A DNA stretch of 64,000 nucleotides from Alphaproteobacteria bacterium (GCA_965225945.1 CBDDBZ010000019.1:13594-77593); one strand, 5' to 3'. Shown: positions 51,872 to 62,308, counted from the stretch's first letter. Notes: generated from the letters alone by a model not told the origin. Made by a program: numbers and translations.

Positions 51872-53116
51872 GTTCGACGATCTGCGCTCGAATTTCGACC
51901 TTGGGAACCGAGTGCTCGAGCGGGGTCGAGCCGTAACCGTGAAGGCCCGCCGCGCCGCTCCTGACGAAGACGATCTTGCCGGTGATTTGCGCGCCGTCGA
52001 AATCTTCCGCCAGCACCCGCCAGGCCGGAATGAAACGGCTCGCCTCGTGCTTGGTGAAACGGCCCCATATGCGACCATGCACGTCGGTGGGCACCTGGAA
52101 ACGGCCGATACGGACCACCTCCACGCCACTTTTTCCGCCGAAGGCCTCCGCGCGGCTCGAACCCGATATCCTCAGGAGATAGGTCTTGGCACCCTGCGCG
52201 ACGCGAAGCGTCTCCGCCACCAAGGTCGGATACAACTAGCCATTGAGCTGCAGGACCAACGGCATCTTCCGCTCCACGCGGTCGTATTCGTAGATCGCGT
52301 TGAGCGCGCCGTTGCTTGCGCTCGCCGCGCCTATGTCCGCCAGATTGACGATGGCGTTGCGATAGTGGGGAAGGAAGAAGCGCGGATCGTCGCCGGCATA
52401 GGAGAAGGCGGCGCGCTCGACCGGGCGGCGTGGCTCGGCGCTTCGACGTCCGTCGTCCAACCCGGCTTCGCTCCCTTGCGTCAGCAGGAAACCGGTGACG
52501 ACCGGTGCGTTCACCATCGCGGCGGCGAATACCGAGTCGTATGTCGCAATCCCCGCCAACATCGGCCCGAGCGCACGCACCTCTTCCGTGTCCGGCAAGG
52601 CTTTCAACGCCTGTTCCGGCGAGGTCGGATCCGGTTCCGAAAGAACGTCGTCCAAGACGATGGCGGCGGCCCCGGCCTCCGCCAAGCGATCGATTAGTCG
52701 GGCGAGGCGCGCCCGGGGCCACGGCGCGGGGCCAAATCGTGCCCGAGATTCGCCATCGACATCGACGATCCTGACCGGGATCTCCGAGTCGCAGGCGCGC
52801 GGCATCAGCCGCTGATAGGTATCGAAGACGAGATTGCGTGCGTGCTGGGCGTAGGCCGGATCCCAGACGCGCACAAGCAGGATCGCGAAGAGTATCAAAT
52901 AGGGCAGTGCGTGGATCAGACGGACGATGATCGATCAACCAGCCCTGTGTGTCGTGACATCGACGCATCTCGGCGGGGCGAGATGCCGGACGGTCGGCGA
53001 CGCGCACCCATCACCGAGCCTGCGGCATTTCCCCTGCGAGCTCAAGGCCGTCGGACGAGGGCGGCGGCGAGGACGAGCGCCCAGGGCATGATGGATCTCG
53101 GCGGAAGCGGAGCGCG

Positions 53117-53944
53117 TCAAGCCGGCAGCAGCTCGCGCGCCTGCTCCAGTTGCTCCGGCCGGTCGAAGGGACAGACCAGCAGGGCATCGTCGAGGCCCAG
53201 CCCCTCCAGTCGCTTCAATCGCTCACCCGCCATTGCCGGGGTGCAGACGAGGTTGATCCGGGTGCGCTCGATCAGTGGCGTCGTCACCGGTGTCGCGCGG
53301 AAGTCGGTGAAGATGTTGGCCAGCACCGCCCGCTCGCCACCGGCTGCCCGGAAGATGGCGAGGCCGGTCGCCAGATCCTCCCAGGTGGTAAAGATGCCGG
53401 AGGCGATCCAGCCCCGGCAGTCCCGGGCTGCCATGTCGATCCAGCGTCGGTTGCGCCAGGCACCGAGCAGGATCGGCGGCCCGTCCTCGCCGCCGCACCA
53501 GGGGGCCAGCGCCGGGCCGTAAACCGGCTCGCCGCGCCAGGTCCGACGCATCGTCTCGAGGCTTTGGGGGAGCGCGCGGAAGCGGCCGGCGTAGTCGGCG
53601 TCGAGCGCCAGGAAATCGGCCTCCGTCGAACCCGCGCCGATCCCGAGACGCAGGCGGCGATCCGAGAGCAGGTCGAGCGAGGCGACCCGGTGCGCCAGCT
53701 CGACCGGGTGGCGCAAGGGCAGTTGCAGGACGCAAGTGCCCAGCTCGATCGTGGAGGTCTCGCCGGCGAGCGTGGCCAGGAGCTGGAGGGGATCGACGGT
53801 GGGAAAACCGCGCCCGAGCGCATCGGTCGCCCAGAGGCCGGCGAAGCCGAGCGTCTCGGCCCGCCGGGCGATCTCGCGCGCCCGCGCCGCCGTCGACGGC
53901 CCGCCGGCCACCGGGGTCGGAATTACGACGATACCCAATCGCAT
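53117..53944 (-). CDS. Luciferase-like (LLM) flavin-dependent oxidoreductase
   Basis: AETLGFAGLWATD, LGTCVLQLPLRHPVELA, LDLLSDRRLRLGIGAG. Confidence 0.88.
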   Translation of the reverse strand: MRLGIVVIPTPVAGGPSTAARAREIARRAETLGFAGLWATDALGRGFPTVDPLQLLATLAGETSTIELGTCVLQLPLRHPVELAHRVASLDLLSDRRLRLGIGAGSTEADFLALDADYAGRFRALPQSLETMRRTWRGEPVYGPALAPWCGGEDGPPILLGAWRNRRWIDMAARDCRGWIASGIFTTWEDLATGLAIFRAAGGERAVLANIFTDFRATPVTTPLIERTRINLVCTPAMAGERLKRLEGLGLDDALLVCPFDRPEQLEQARELLPA

Positions 53945-53952
53945 GGCGCCGT

Positions 53953-55032
53953 TCAGGCGACCGCGTCGCGCGGCGCCGTCTCGTCGCGAACCTGCGGCAT
54001 CACCTCCTCGGCGAAGAGCCGAAGCATGTCGAGCGTCTGCTCGGGCCCGTAGTAAGGCGGGTAGTGCAACATGATCGAGGTGATGCCGACGGCGCGGAAT
54101 GCCTCGATCCGAGCGATCACGGTGTCCGGAGAGCCGTGCAGAATCGTCGTCTCCACCAGATGGTCGTAAGAGAACTGATCCTCGCCCGTTTTCTCCGTCA
54201 CGTCGCCCAGATAGCCGCCGGTTTTGCCACCCGACAGGAAGGTCCGCATATGGTGGGTGATGCCGGCCTCGCTTTCCTCCCGCGCCTTCGCGTCGGTGGC
54301 CGCGACGTAGACCATGCGCACGACATCGGCCTGTCCGAACGCCGGATTTTGGTTGAGCGGCGCCGGCGCCTCTCCCATGTGCCGGCGGTAGAACGCGACG
54401 TGATCGGCGATGGTCTCGACCGAGGGTAGCGAGGACAGCATCAGCCCGAAGCCGTTCCGCGCCGCGTTGGCCCTCGAGCGCTCGGTGCCGGCGGCCATGT
54501 AGAAGGGCGGATGCGGGCGCTGCACCGGTTGGGGAAAGATCTCGTAGCCCTCGTCCATCTTGAAATTGAAATATTTACCCTCCGCCGTGACGCGCTTTTC
54601 GTGGAAGCCTCGCAGGATCAGCGCAACCGCCTCTTCCTGGATTTCCCGCCTCGCCTCGTAGTCGATTCCCAGCCCCGCGAATTCGTAGGGCCGGTAGCCC
54701 GAGCCGAGACCGAGTTGGAAGCGTCCCTCGCTCAGGATGTCGACGAAGGCGGCATTCTCGACAATCCGCATGGGATGGTGCAGCGGCACCACCATCACCG
54801 CCGCGCCGAGCTTGATGCGGCTGGTCTTGGCGGCGATATAGGACAGATAGCTGAAGGGATCGGGCAGGACCCCGTAGCTGTTGGAGAAATGGTGTTCGGC
54901 GATCCACACGCCGTCGAAGCCCAGCCGCTCGGCCTCCAGGATTTCGCGCGTCACCCGGGCGTGAATCGCCTGATGGGGATAGGGCTCCGATTTCGGATCG
55001 GGATGCGAGGTGAAGAGAATTCCGAATTTCAT
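53953..55032 (-). CDS. Luciferase-like (LLM) monooxygenase
   Basis: MKFGI, GFDGVWIAEHHF, HHPMRIVE, SEGRFQLGLGSG, GSPDTV. Confidence 0.9.
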   Translation of the reverse strand: MKFGILFTSHPDPKSEPYPHQAIHARVTREILEAERLGFDGVWIAEHHFSNSYGVLPDPFSYLSYIAAKTSRIKLGAAVMVVPLHHPMRIVENAAFVDILSEGRFQLGLGSGYRPYEFAGLGIDYEARREIQEEAVALILRGFHEKRVTAEGKYFNFKMDEGYEIFPQPVQRPHPPFYMAAGTERSRANAARNGFGLMLSSLPSVETIADHVAFYRRHMGEAPAPLNQNPAFGQADVVRMVYVAATDAKAREESEAGITHHMRTFLSGGKTGGYLGDVTEKTGEDQFSYDHLVETTILHGSPDTVIARIEAFRAVGITSIMLHYPPYYGPEQTLDMLRLFAEEVMPQVRDETAPRDAVA

Positions 55033-55094
55033 CAGCTCGTGCGCCTTTCTTCGGCGTTGGCGGGGGTGCAAGCGAAGCGGTGGATCGGCGGCGA

Positions 55095-55976
55095 TCAAGC
55101 GGCCTGGGTCGCGGTCGGGCCGTCGCCGGCCAGCGTCGTGCGCCGCATGTCGCGGGGCTCCTCGGCCGGGAAGGGCCGCGCGCGATGCATGGTCTGCCGG
55201 TTGTCCCAGATCACCAGATCGCCCACCCGCCACTCGTGTGCGTGGACGAATTGGCGTTGCGTTGCGTGCTCGATCAGATCGCGCAGGAAGGCGCGCGCTT
55301 CGGGCACCGGCCAGCCGAGGATGGCGCCGGCGTGGGAGGAGAGATAGAGCGACGTCCGCCCCGTCACCGGGTGGCTGCGGACCAGGCTCTGGCGCACCGG
55401 GGCGAAGCGCTCGAGTTCTTCCTCGGTGAAGTCGACGAAGCCCAGCAGCGCGCGGGAATAGATCTGCGAGTGCTCGCAGATCAGCCCCTCGACTTCCCGC
55501 TTGGTCTCGGGCTCCAGCGCGTCATGGGCCGCCCGCATGTCCGCGAACTCGGTGTTGCCGCCCTTGGAGGGGACGCTGAGGGCATGCAGCAGCGAATACT
55601 TCGCCGGCGTCGGCTTGAAGGAGCTGTCGGAATGCCACAGCCGGTTGCCGATGGCGAAGAGACGGCGCCGATCCGCGAGCGCGAGAGGCTCGTCGTTCTG
55701 GTCGAGATTGGAGACGTCGGCGAAGGTCGTCGGCAGGCGTTGCTCCTCTGGCTTGCGCAAACTGCTGCCGATGGCGTGCTCGATTTCGCCGAGGACGCGC
55801 GTGAAGGCGAGATGCTGTCGGTCGTTCAGCGGTTGATCACGGAACACCAGGACGGCGAATTCGTCCATGCCCGCGTGGATCGACGCCGCGTCCTCGGGCG
55901 CCAGCGGCTCGGCGAGGTCGATGCCCGTGACTTCGCCGGCGAAGCAGGGTCCCACTTGGCGGATGGAGAGTGACAT
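55095..55976 (-). CDS. TfdA-like Fe(II)/2OG dioxygenase
   Basis: DVSNLD, GNRLWHSDSSF, GGNTEFADMR, WDNRQTMHR. Confidence 0.92.
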   Translation of the reverse strand: MSLSIRQVGPCFAGEVTGIDLAEPLAPEDAASIHAGMDEFAVLVFRDQPLNDRQHLAFTRVLGEIEHAIGSSLRKPEEQRLPTTFADVSNLDQNDEPLALADRRRLFAIGNRLWHSDSSFKPTPAKYSLLHALSVPSKGGNTEFADMRAAHDALEPETKREVEGLICEHSQIYSRALLGFVDFTEEELERFAPVRQSLVRSHPVTGRTSLYLSSHAGAILGWPVPEARAFLRDLIEHATQRQFVHAHEWRVGDLVIWDNRQTMHRARPFPAEEPRDMRRTTLAGDGPTATQAA

Positions 55977-56074
55977 CGCCGTCCTCTCTGTTGGATTCTA
56001 ATCGATGTTCGATTCTACCGCCCGCGCCCCGTTGACGCAAACCGCTTAGAACGTAGCCTCCAGCACTCGCTCGC

Positions 56075-57796
56075 TCAGTCTTGCTTGGATTCGTGGGCGT
56101 GGAACTCGGCCATGAAGGGAGCGGCGACATCGGCGTTGAGCTTGCAGTCGAGCAGGATCGGCCCGTCTGGTGCCGCCAACAGCGGCGCCAGCGCCCTGAG
56201 TTCGTCCAGCGTGCGAACCGTAGCCCCCTGGAAGCCGAAGCCTTCCGCGATCGGCGCATAGTCGACGTCCGGGAACACCGACTTGGCGATCGGAAGCTGC
56301 CACATCTTGAGAAAATGCACTTCGGCGCCGTAAGCGCAGTCGTTCATCACCACGATGACGAGGGGCAGGTCCTCGCGGACCACCGTCTCCAATTCGCCGA
56401 GCGTCATCAGCAGGCCGCCGTCGCCGATCACCAGCACCGTGGTCTCGTCGGGCCGGCCCTTGGCGAAGCCGAGCGCCGCGCCGAAACCGATGCCGATCGA
56501 GGCGAAGTCGTTGGTGAACTTGAAATGATCGGGTCCGGGCACGGTGAGATAGGGCACGACGCCGAGGAAGTTGCCGGCGTCGAAGACCAGGTTTCGCTCG
56601 GCCGGCAGCAGCTTGTCGAGCTCGACGCCGACCGAGCGGGGATCCATCGTGCGGGCGGTGTTGGCGGGCTGGAAGTCTTTGGCGATATCGAAGTCGGCGA
56701 GAAATCGGCGCGTCTCCTCCACATGGAAGGGTTTTTCGTCGGCCTCGCGCTCCGGCAGCGCCTCCAGCAGTTGTTCCGCCACCAGCTTGGCATCGCCGAC
56801 GATTGCGAGGTCGGCGGTGGTCCATTGGTTGATGGCGGCGCGGTTGCGGTCGATCTGCACCAGCGGCGCGTCGGGCAGCGATTCACCGAAGCTGGTGGTG
56901 AGGAAGTTGAGCCCGGCGCCGAACGCCAGCACGCAGTCCGCCTGCTCGATCAGGCGCCTGCCGGCGGAATGGGAGAACGAGCCGATGATGCCGAGGTTAT
57001 AAGGGTTGCCCCGGAACATCTCCTTGCCCCGCGCGGTGGTGACGAGGAGGCCGCCGACGCGACCCGCCAGTTGCTCCAGCGTTTCCTTGGCGCCGGCCCG
57101 ATACGCCCCCAGACCGCCGATGATGAGCGGCCGGCGGCTTCGCGCGAGCAGGGCGACGGTGGCCTCGATCGCCTGTGGCCGGCCCGGCCTGGGCGCCAGC
57201 GGCGCGAGGTCGCGCGCCGGCGAGCCCGCGTCCTCCGCCACCACGGTCTCGGAAAGTTGCACCGTCGTCGGCAGCAACAGGGCCGCGGCGCCCCCCTTGG
57301 CGACCGCGGCCATCGCGTCGGCCAGCGTCGCCCGCGCGGCTTCGGCGCTGGTGGCGAGGAAGGTCTTGAGCCCGGCCGCGTTCAGCACGCCGACCGCGTT
57401 GAAGCCCTTGTAGTCGGGGCCGATGGTGTTGATCGCGCCGCTCGGCACCGGCGCCTCGCCATACATGATCAGCACCCGGTTGCCGGCGCGGCTGGCGTAG
57501 ACCGCGCCATGCAGTCCGTTGGCGGTGGCCGGGCCCCGGCCGATCAGCACGACGCCGATCCGCCCGGTGGCGGCGGCGTAACCGTCGGCCATGGCGACCG
57601 CGACGTTTTCGTGCCGGGCGCCGTGGAAGGCGATGCCGATGGCGTCCAGCGTAACGGCGAAGACGGCGGTGTCGTCGCTCATCAGGCCGAACACCACCTC
57701 GACGCCGAGGTCGCGGAGATCCTCCGCCAGGAGCTGGTAGGCGGGGACCAGGCGGCCCCCGGTTTCGCCTGCATGGTCTCGTATGGCGCTCGACAT
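56075..57796 (-). CDS. ThDP-binding enzyme (acetolactate synthase-like superfamily)
   Basis: ARHENVAV, GDGGLLM…VMNDCAYG. Confidence 0.88.
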   Translation of the reverse strand: MSSAIRDHAGETGGRLVPAYQLLAEDLRDLGVEVVFGLMSDDTAVFAVTLDAIGIAFHGARHENVAVAMADGYAAATGRIGVVLIGRGPATANGLHGAVYASRAGNRVLIMYGEAPVPSGAINTIGPDYKGFNAVGVLNAAGLKTFLATSAEAARATLADAMAAVAKGGAAALLLPTTVQLSETVVAEDAGSPARDLAPLAPRPGRPQAIEATVALLARSRRPLIIGGLGAYRAGAKETLEQLAGRVGGLLVTTARGKEMFRGNPYNLGIIGSFSHSAGRRLIEQADCVLAFGAGLNFLTTSFGESLPDAPLVQIDRNRAAINQWTTADLAIVGDAKLVAEQLLEALPEREADEKPFHVEETRRFLADFDIAKDFQPANTARTMDPRSVGVELDKLLPAERNLVFDAGNFLGVVPYLTVPGPDHFKFTNDFASIGIGFGAALGFAKGRPDETTVLVIGDGGLLMTLGELETVVREDLPLVIVVMNDCAYGAEVHFLKMWQLPIAKSVFPDVDYAPIAEGFGFQGATVRTLDELRALAPLLAAPDGPILLDCKLNADVAAPFMAEFHAHESKQD

Positions 57797-57953
57797 CCGA
57801 TGTTCCCTCCCTCGGTTAGCTCCCGCGAAGTATAGGTTTCGCGGTCGCGGGTGCAAAATCGCTCGGGTCGGGTGCTTGATGGAGAACCGCGTTTCGCCGG
57901 ATTTTTCTTGCTGATATAGTTTGGCGACACAGGGAACACACTGGGAGGGAGCG

Positions 57954-58331
57954 ATGGCGAAATCGATCATGGAACGGGTGGCCGAGGCGAAGGCCGTCGT
58001 GCCGGACATCAGCCCGGACGAGGTCAAGTCGCTGATGGGACGCGCGGATGTTCTGATCGTCGACGTCCGCGACGACGGCGAAGTCGCCGCCACCGGCAAG
58101 GTCAAGGGCGCCGTGCACGCCTCGCGCGGGATGCTGGAATTTCGCGCCGACGAAACCACGCCCTACCACGACGCGGCCTTTGCCAAGGACAAGACCGTGA
58201 TCCTCTACTGCGCCTCCGGCGGCCGCTCGGCCTTGGGCGGCAAGGCGCTCATCGACCTCGGCTACGAGAAGGTCCGCAACCTCGGCGGTTTCCAGGGCTG
58301 GGTCGACGCCGGCGGCGAGGTGGAGAAGTAG
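57954..58331 (+). CDS. Rhodanese-like protein
   Basis: IVDVRD, RGMLEF, YCASGGRS. Confidence 0.9.
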   Translation: MAKSIMERVAEAKAVVPDISPDEVKSLMGRADVLIVDVRDDGEVAATGKVKGAVHASRGMLEFRADETTPYHDAAFAKDKTVILYCASGGRSALGGKALIDLGYEKVRNLGGFQGWVDAGGEVEK

Positions 58332-58389
58332 AAGTAGAAGTAGGTTTTTCGGTTTGGCCACGCCGCGGCCGGCCAGGGGGAGGAGCGAG

Positions 58390-59247
58390 ATGTCGATCGA
58401 GACCGAGGATATCGCCACCCTGGAGATCGAGTATTTGCGCCACGGCGAACGGGCGTTGTCGATGACGCTCCGTCGGCCCACCGGCGCGGGGCCGCATCCG
58501 GTCGTCATCGACCTCCATGGCGGTGCCTGGACCGCCGGCGACAGGAGCGGCTGCGCCGATCGGGACGAGGTGCTCGCCAGCGCCGGCATCGCCGCCGCCG
58601 CGGTCGATTTTCGCGACGGCGAGGATGGTCATATTGCCTCGATGGTCGATATCAATTTTGCCGTTCGCTGGCTGAAAGCCCGAGCCGGCGAGCTCGGGAT
58701 CGATCGGGGGCGGATCGGTCTCGTCGGCCAGTCGAGCGGCGGGCATTTGGCGATGCTGGCGGCGATGCGGCCGGACGATGCGCGCTATACGGCACTGCCG
58801 CTTTCCGGCGGTCCGGCGCTCGACGCCGCCGTCCGTTGCGTCGCCATGGTGTGGCCGGTGATCAATCCGCTGTCGCGCTATCGCCACGCGCTACGCTTGC
58901 GCGGATACGACGATCCGCCGGCCTGGGTCGCCAACATCCCCGAACGCCACGACCGATACTGGGGCGACGAGGCGGCGATGGCGGAGGGCAATCCGATGCT
59001 GGCGCTGGAGCGGGGCGAGGCGGTGGCGACGCCGCCCGCGCTCTGGGTGCAGGGTCGGCCGGACCCGGTCCACGACTACCGCGACCCCGAAAGCCCGATT
59101 CCGGCCAACGAGCCCGAACGCTTCGCCGCCAGCTACCGGAACGCGGGCGGTGAGATCGAGGTGCTCTATATCGACCAGGCCGTCAGAAGCACCAACGCCT
59201 CGCACGATCCCATCGCGGCTTTCCTGCGCCGCCATCTGGCCGAGTGA
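58390..59247 (+). CDS. Alpha/beta hydrolase (HSL-like esterase)
   Basis: HGGAW and GQSSGGH motifs. Confidence 0.85.
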   Translation: MSIETEDIATLEIEYLRHGERALSMTLRRPTGAGPHPVVIDLHGGAWTAGDRSGCADRDEVLASAGIAAAAVDFRDGEDGHIASMVDINFAVRWLKARAGELGIDRGRIGLVGQSSGGHLAMLAAMRPDDARYTALPLSGGPALDAAVRCVAMVWPVINPLSRYRHALRLRGYDDPPAWVANIPERHDRYWGDEAAMAEGNPMLALERGEAVATPPALWVQGRPDPVHDYRDPESPIPANEPERFAASYRNAGGEIEVLYIDQAVRSTNASHDPIAAFLRRHLAE

Positions 59248-59261
59248 GGGGCAGGGGTTTC

Positions 59262-60044
59262 ATGGCGGACGAGGCGCTGCGGGCCTCCGAACTCCTTCTC
59301 GGCCTCTGGGATCGAGGCGAGCGGATCGCCGAACTGCCGGCGGAGCTCCGGCCGGGGACGCGGGCCGAGGGCTATGCCATCCAGGCGTATCTGGAGCGCG
59401 AACGCGGGCCGCTTCTCGGTTGGAAGATCGCCGCGACCAGCGCCCAGGGCCAGACCCATATCGGCGTCGACGGGCCCTTGGCCGGCCGCTTGCCGGCGGC
59501 CCGCGCGGGGAAGAGCGGCGCCACGCTTTCCCTCGGCGGCAATCACATGGCCGTGGCGGAGCCGGAATTCGCTTTCCGCATGGCCCGTGATCTGGCGCCC
59601 CGCGCCGAGGCCTACGAGGTCGCGGAGGTGCTGGCCGCCGTCGCTTCCGTCCATCCGGCGATCGAGGTGCCGGACTCCCGCTTCGAGGACTTCGCCGTCG
59701 TCGGCGCCGCGCAGCTCATCGCCGACGACGCCTGCGCGCATGATTTCGTGCTCGGCCCGGCGAGCGCGGCGGATTGGCGGGCGATCGATCTCGCCGCGCA
59801 TCCCGTCGTCGGCGAGGTCGTCGGCGGCGCTCGGCGGGAAGGTTCGGGCGCCGACGTCCTGGGCGATCCGCGCGTGGCGCTGGCCTGGCTCGTGAACGAA
59901 CTCTCGGGCCTCGGCCTGACGCTGGCCGCCGGCCAGGTGGTGACCACCGGTACCTGTTTGCAGCCGCTCCCCGTCGGGCCGGGCGCGGAGGTGGTGGCGG
60001 ACTTCGGCGTCCTCGGCCGCGTCTCCGTCCGCTTTGCGGACTGA
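59262..60044 (+). CDS. 2-keto-4-pentenoate hydratase family (FAH superfamily)
   Basis: GWKIAAT, EPEFAF, AIEVPDSR, VLGDP, GQVVTTG. Confidence 0.88.
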   Translation: MADEALRASELLLGLWDRGERIAELPAELRPGTRAEGYAIQAYLERERGPLLGWKIAATSAQGQTHIGVDGPLAGRLPAARAGKSGATLSLGGNHMAVAEPEFAFRMARDLAPRAEAYEVAEVLAAVASVHPAIEVPDSRFEDFAVVGAAQLIADDACAHDFVLGPASAADWRAIDLAAHPVVGEVVGGARREGSGADVLGDPRVALAWLVNELSGLGLTLAAGQVVTTGTCLQPLPVGPGAEVVADFGVLGRVSVRFAD

Positions 60045-60053
60045 TCCGGCGGC

Positions 60054-60803
60054 TCAACCCTCCATGATGCCGGCGGTGGTGTAACCGCCGTCGGCGGCAT
60101 AGACGTGGCCGGTGACGAAACTACTCTCCTCCGAGGCGAGGAAGGCGGCGACAGCGGCGATCTCTTCCGGCCGGCCGAAGCGGCCGAGCGGCATTCGTGC
60201 CTTGACGCTGGGCCAAGGTTCCTCCGGCTGATCATCGCGGGTCTTGGTCGGCCCCGGCGCCACCGCGTTGACTCGGATGCCGTGCTCGGCCAGTTCGATC
60301 GCCATGGTCTGCGTCAGGTTGACGATGCCGGCCTTGCTGGCGCCATAGGCGGCGCGCCCACGGCCGCCGAAGATACCGGAGTTCGATGCGGTAAAGACGA
60401 TTCGCCCGCCGCCCTGGGTCGCCATTTGGCGGGCGGCGAGCTGGCCGCAGAGAAAGGCGCCATGCAGGTTCACCGATAGCACCCGCCACCAGAAATCGTC
60501 CGTCATTTCCAGGAAGGGTGCGCGATCCATGATACCGGCGTTGGCGATCAGGACGTCGAGCCGGCCTTGGGCCGCGACAACGGCGTCGACCGCCGCCTCG
60601 ACCGAGGCGCGGTCCGTGACGTCGACGCGTCGATGACTGGTCGCGCCGCCGATCTCCCGCGCCGCCCGGGCCGCCGCGTCATCGTCGATGTCGGCCAGCA
60701 TGACCGACGCGCCGTCGGCCGTCAGGCGCTGGGCGATGGCCCGCCCGATGCCGCGCGCCGCCCCGGTGACCAGCGCGGATTGACCGTCCAGAGGTTTATC
60801 CAT
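60054..60803 (-). CDS. SDR-family oxidoreductase
   Basis: TGAARGIG, NAG, YGASK, VNAVAPG. Confidence 0.92.
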   Translation of the reverse strand: MDKPLDGQSALVTGAARGIGRAIAQRLTADGASVMLADIDDDAAARAAREIGGATSHRRVDVTDRASVEAAVDAVVAAQGRLDVLIANAGIMDRAPFLEMTDDFWWRVLSVNLHGAFLCGQLAARQMATQGGGRIVFTASNSGIFGGRGRAAYGASKAGIVNLTQTMAIELAEHGIRVNAVAPGPTKTRDDQPEEPWPSVKARMPLGRFGRPEEIAAVAAFLASEESSFVTGHVYAADGGYTTAGIMEG

Positions 60804-60823
60804 TCTGCGGGTCACCGTCGCCG

Positions 60824-61153
60824 TCAGCGACGCAGGAAGACTTGCGAGCGGGCCTTGATGTGGTCGGCGAACTGGTACCAGCCGCGCATCGCCTGAAATT
60901 CCGGCGTGTCCATCGCCTCGGGCGAATTGAACTCGTAGAGCGTGACGTAGACCCGGGCGTCGTCGCCGCCGGCCTGGCCATGGTCCATCAAGCCGGCGTC
61001 GCGGGCGCAAAGGTATCGCGCGCCCCGGATCACCCCGGGGCAGGCCAACGCGGCGGGCAGATGGACCTCGTCGTACCACGCGTTCCAGGCTTCTTCCTGG
61101 GCCGGATCGATCTCGGCGGTAACGACGAGAACACAGTTCGCCATGTCCGACAT
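60824..61153 (-). CDS. Dimeric alpha/beta-barrel protein (EthD/DUF4286-like)
   Basis: WNAWYDEVHLPAALACPGV…YVTLYE. Confidence 0.7.
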   Translation of the reverse strand: MSDMANCVLVVTAEIDPAQEEAWNAWYDEVHLPAALACPGVIRGARYLCARDAGLMDHGQAGGDDARVYVTLYEFNSPEAMDTPEFQAMRGWYQFADHIKARSQVFLRR

Positions 61154-61264
61154 CGGGTTGCTCTCCTCATCGTCGATGGTTCGTTAGGCATTGTCGCACG
61201 AAGTGGCGTGGGCGAGGCGAACTTCGTAAAGTCCGCCGCGCGAGATGCGCGGGGAGGGGAGGCC

Positions 61265-62308
61265 ATGGCGCTCGACCATGATTGGCTGGCCTTGACGCGC
61301 GAAGAGGCGCTGGAGCCGGAGCTGCCGATCTGCGATCCCCACCACCACCTCTGGGACTTCGATCATGAGCCGCCGACGCCGTCCCGCCCCGCGCGAGTTC
61401 CGAACCGCTATCTGCTGGACGAGTTGCTGGCGGACTTGGCGAGCGGCCACAATATCGTCTCGACCGTGTTCATCGAGTGCGGCTCGATGTACCGCGGCTC
61501 GGGACCCGAGGCGATGCGGCCGGTCGGCGAGACCGAGTTCGTAAACGGTATCGCGGCCATGAGCGCCTCCGGCCTCTATGGGCGATGCCGGATCGCGGCC
61601 GGCATCGTCGGCCTGGCCGATCTCACGCTCGGCGCTTCGGTCGCCGAGGTGCTGGAGGCCCATATCGCCGCCGGGGCTGGGCGGTTCCGCGGCATCCGGC
61701 ACGCCGCCGCCTGGGACGCGAGCCCCGAAATCCGCAATTCCCATACCAGCCCGAACCAGGGGCTCTACGCCGACGCTGGGTTCCGCGCCGGCTTCGCCCG
61801 GCTGACGCCCCTCGACCTGAGCTTCGAGGGCTGGTGCTACCACCCGCAGATCCCGGAATTGACCGACCTCGCGCGCGCCTTTCCCGGGACCAGCATAATC
61901 CTCGACCATTTCGGCGGGCCGCTCGGAGTCGGCCCCTACGCGGGAAAACGCGAGGAATATCTGCCGCGATGGAAGCGCGATATCGCCGAGCTGGCCGGCT
62001 GTCCCAACGTCGTCGCCAAATTGGGCGGCATCAACATGAAGGCCAACGGCTTCGGCTGGCACAAGCGGGCGCGGCCGCCGGGAAGCGCGGAGCTGGCCGC
62101 CACCACCCGGGTCTTCTACGACCATTGCATCGAGCATTTCGGGGTCCAGCGCTGCCTCTTCGAAAGCAATTTCCCCGTCGACAAGACGACTTGCGGTCAT
62201 GGCGTCTTGTGGAACGCCTTCAAGCGGATCGCCGCCGGCTGCTCGGCCGGAGAGAAGGCCTGGCTGTTCCACGATAGCGCCGCCCGGGTCTATCGCCTGG
62301 ACGGGTAA
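61265..62308 (+). CDS. Amidohydrolase family protein
   Basis: ICDPHHHLW, ILDHFGGP, FESNFPVD. Confidence 0.88.
   Translation: MALDHDWLALTREEALEPELPICDPHHHLWDFDHEPPTPSRPARVPNRYLLDELLADLASGHNIVSTVFIECGSMYRGSGPEAMRPVGETEFVNGIAAMSASGLYGRCRIAAGIVGLADLTLGASVAEVLEAHIAAGAGRFRGIRHAAAWDASPEIRNSHTSPNQGLYADAGFRAGFARLTPLDLSFEGWCYHPQIPELTDLARAFPGTSIILDHFGGPLGVGPYAGKREEYLPRWKRDIAELAGCPNVVAKLGGINMKANGFGWHKRARPPGSAELAATTRVFYDHCIEHFGVQRCLFESNFPVDKTTCGHGVLWNAFKRIAAGCSAGEKAWLFHDSAARVYRLDG

Larger units (their letters stand above)
43288..52898 (-). pseudogene. CHASE2-domain hybrid histidine kinase (CHASE2-TM-HisKA-HATPase-REC-REC-Hpt), disrupted
   Basis: Collinear pieces 52898->51872 (internal TAG at 52236-52238), 51116->51025, 49573->49446 and 45325->43288 (SHEVRTPMNG, NLLSNAIKFT, GGTGLGL, two REC domains, AHSLAGSS); joins are restored by removing the TSD-flanked inserts. 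Confidence 0.88.

Noticed and set aside
58324-58343. AGAAGT x3 repeat at the rhodanese stop codon
   Set aside because: A short slippage repeat that does not change the protein; no evidence of function.
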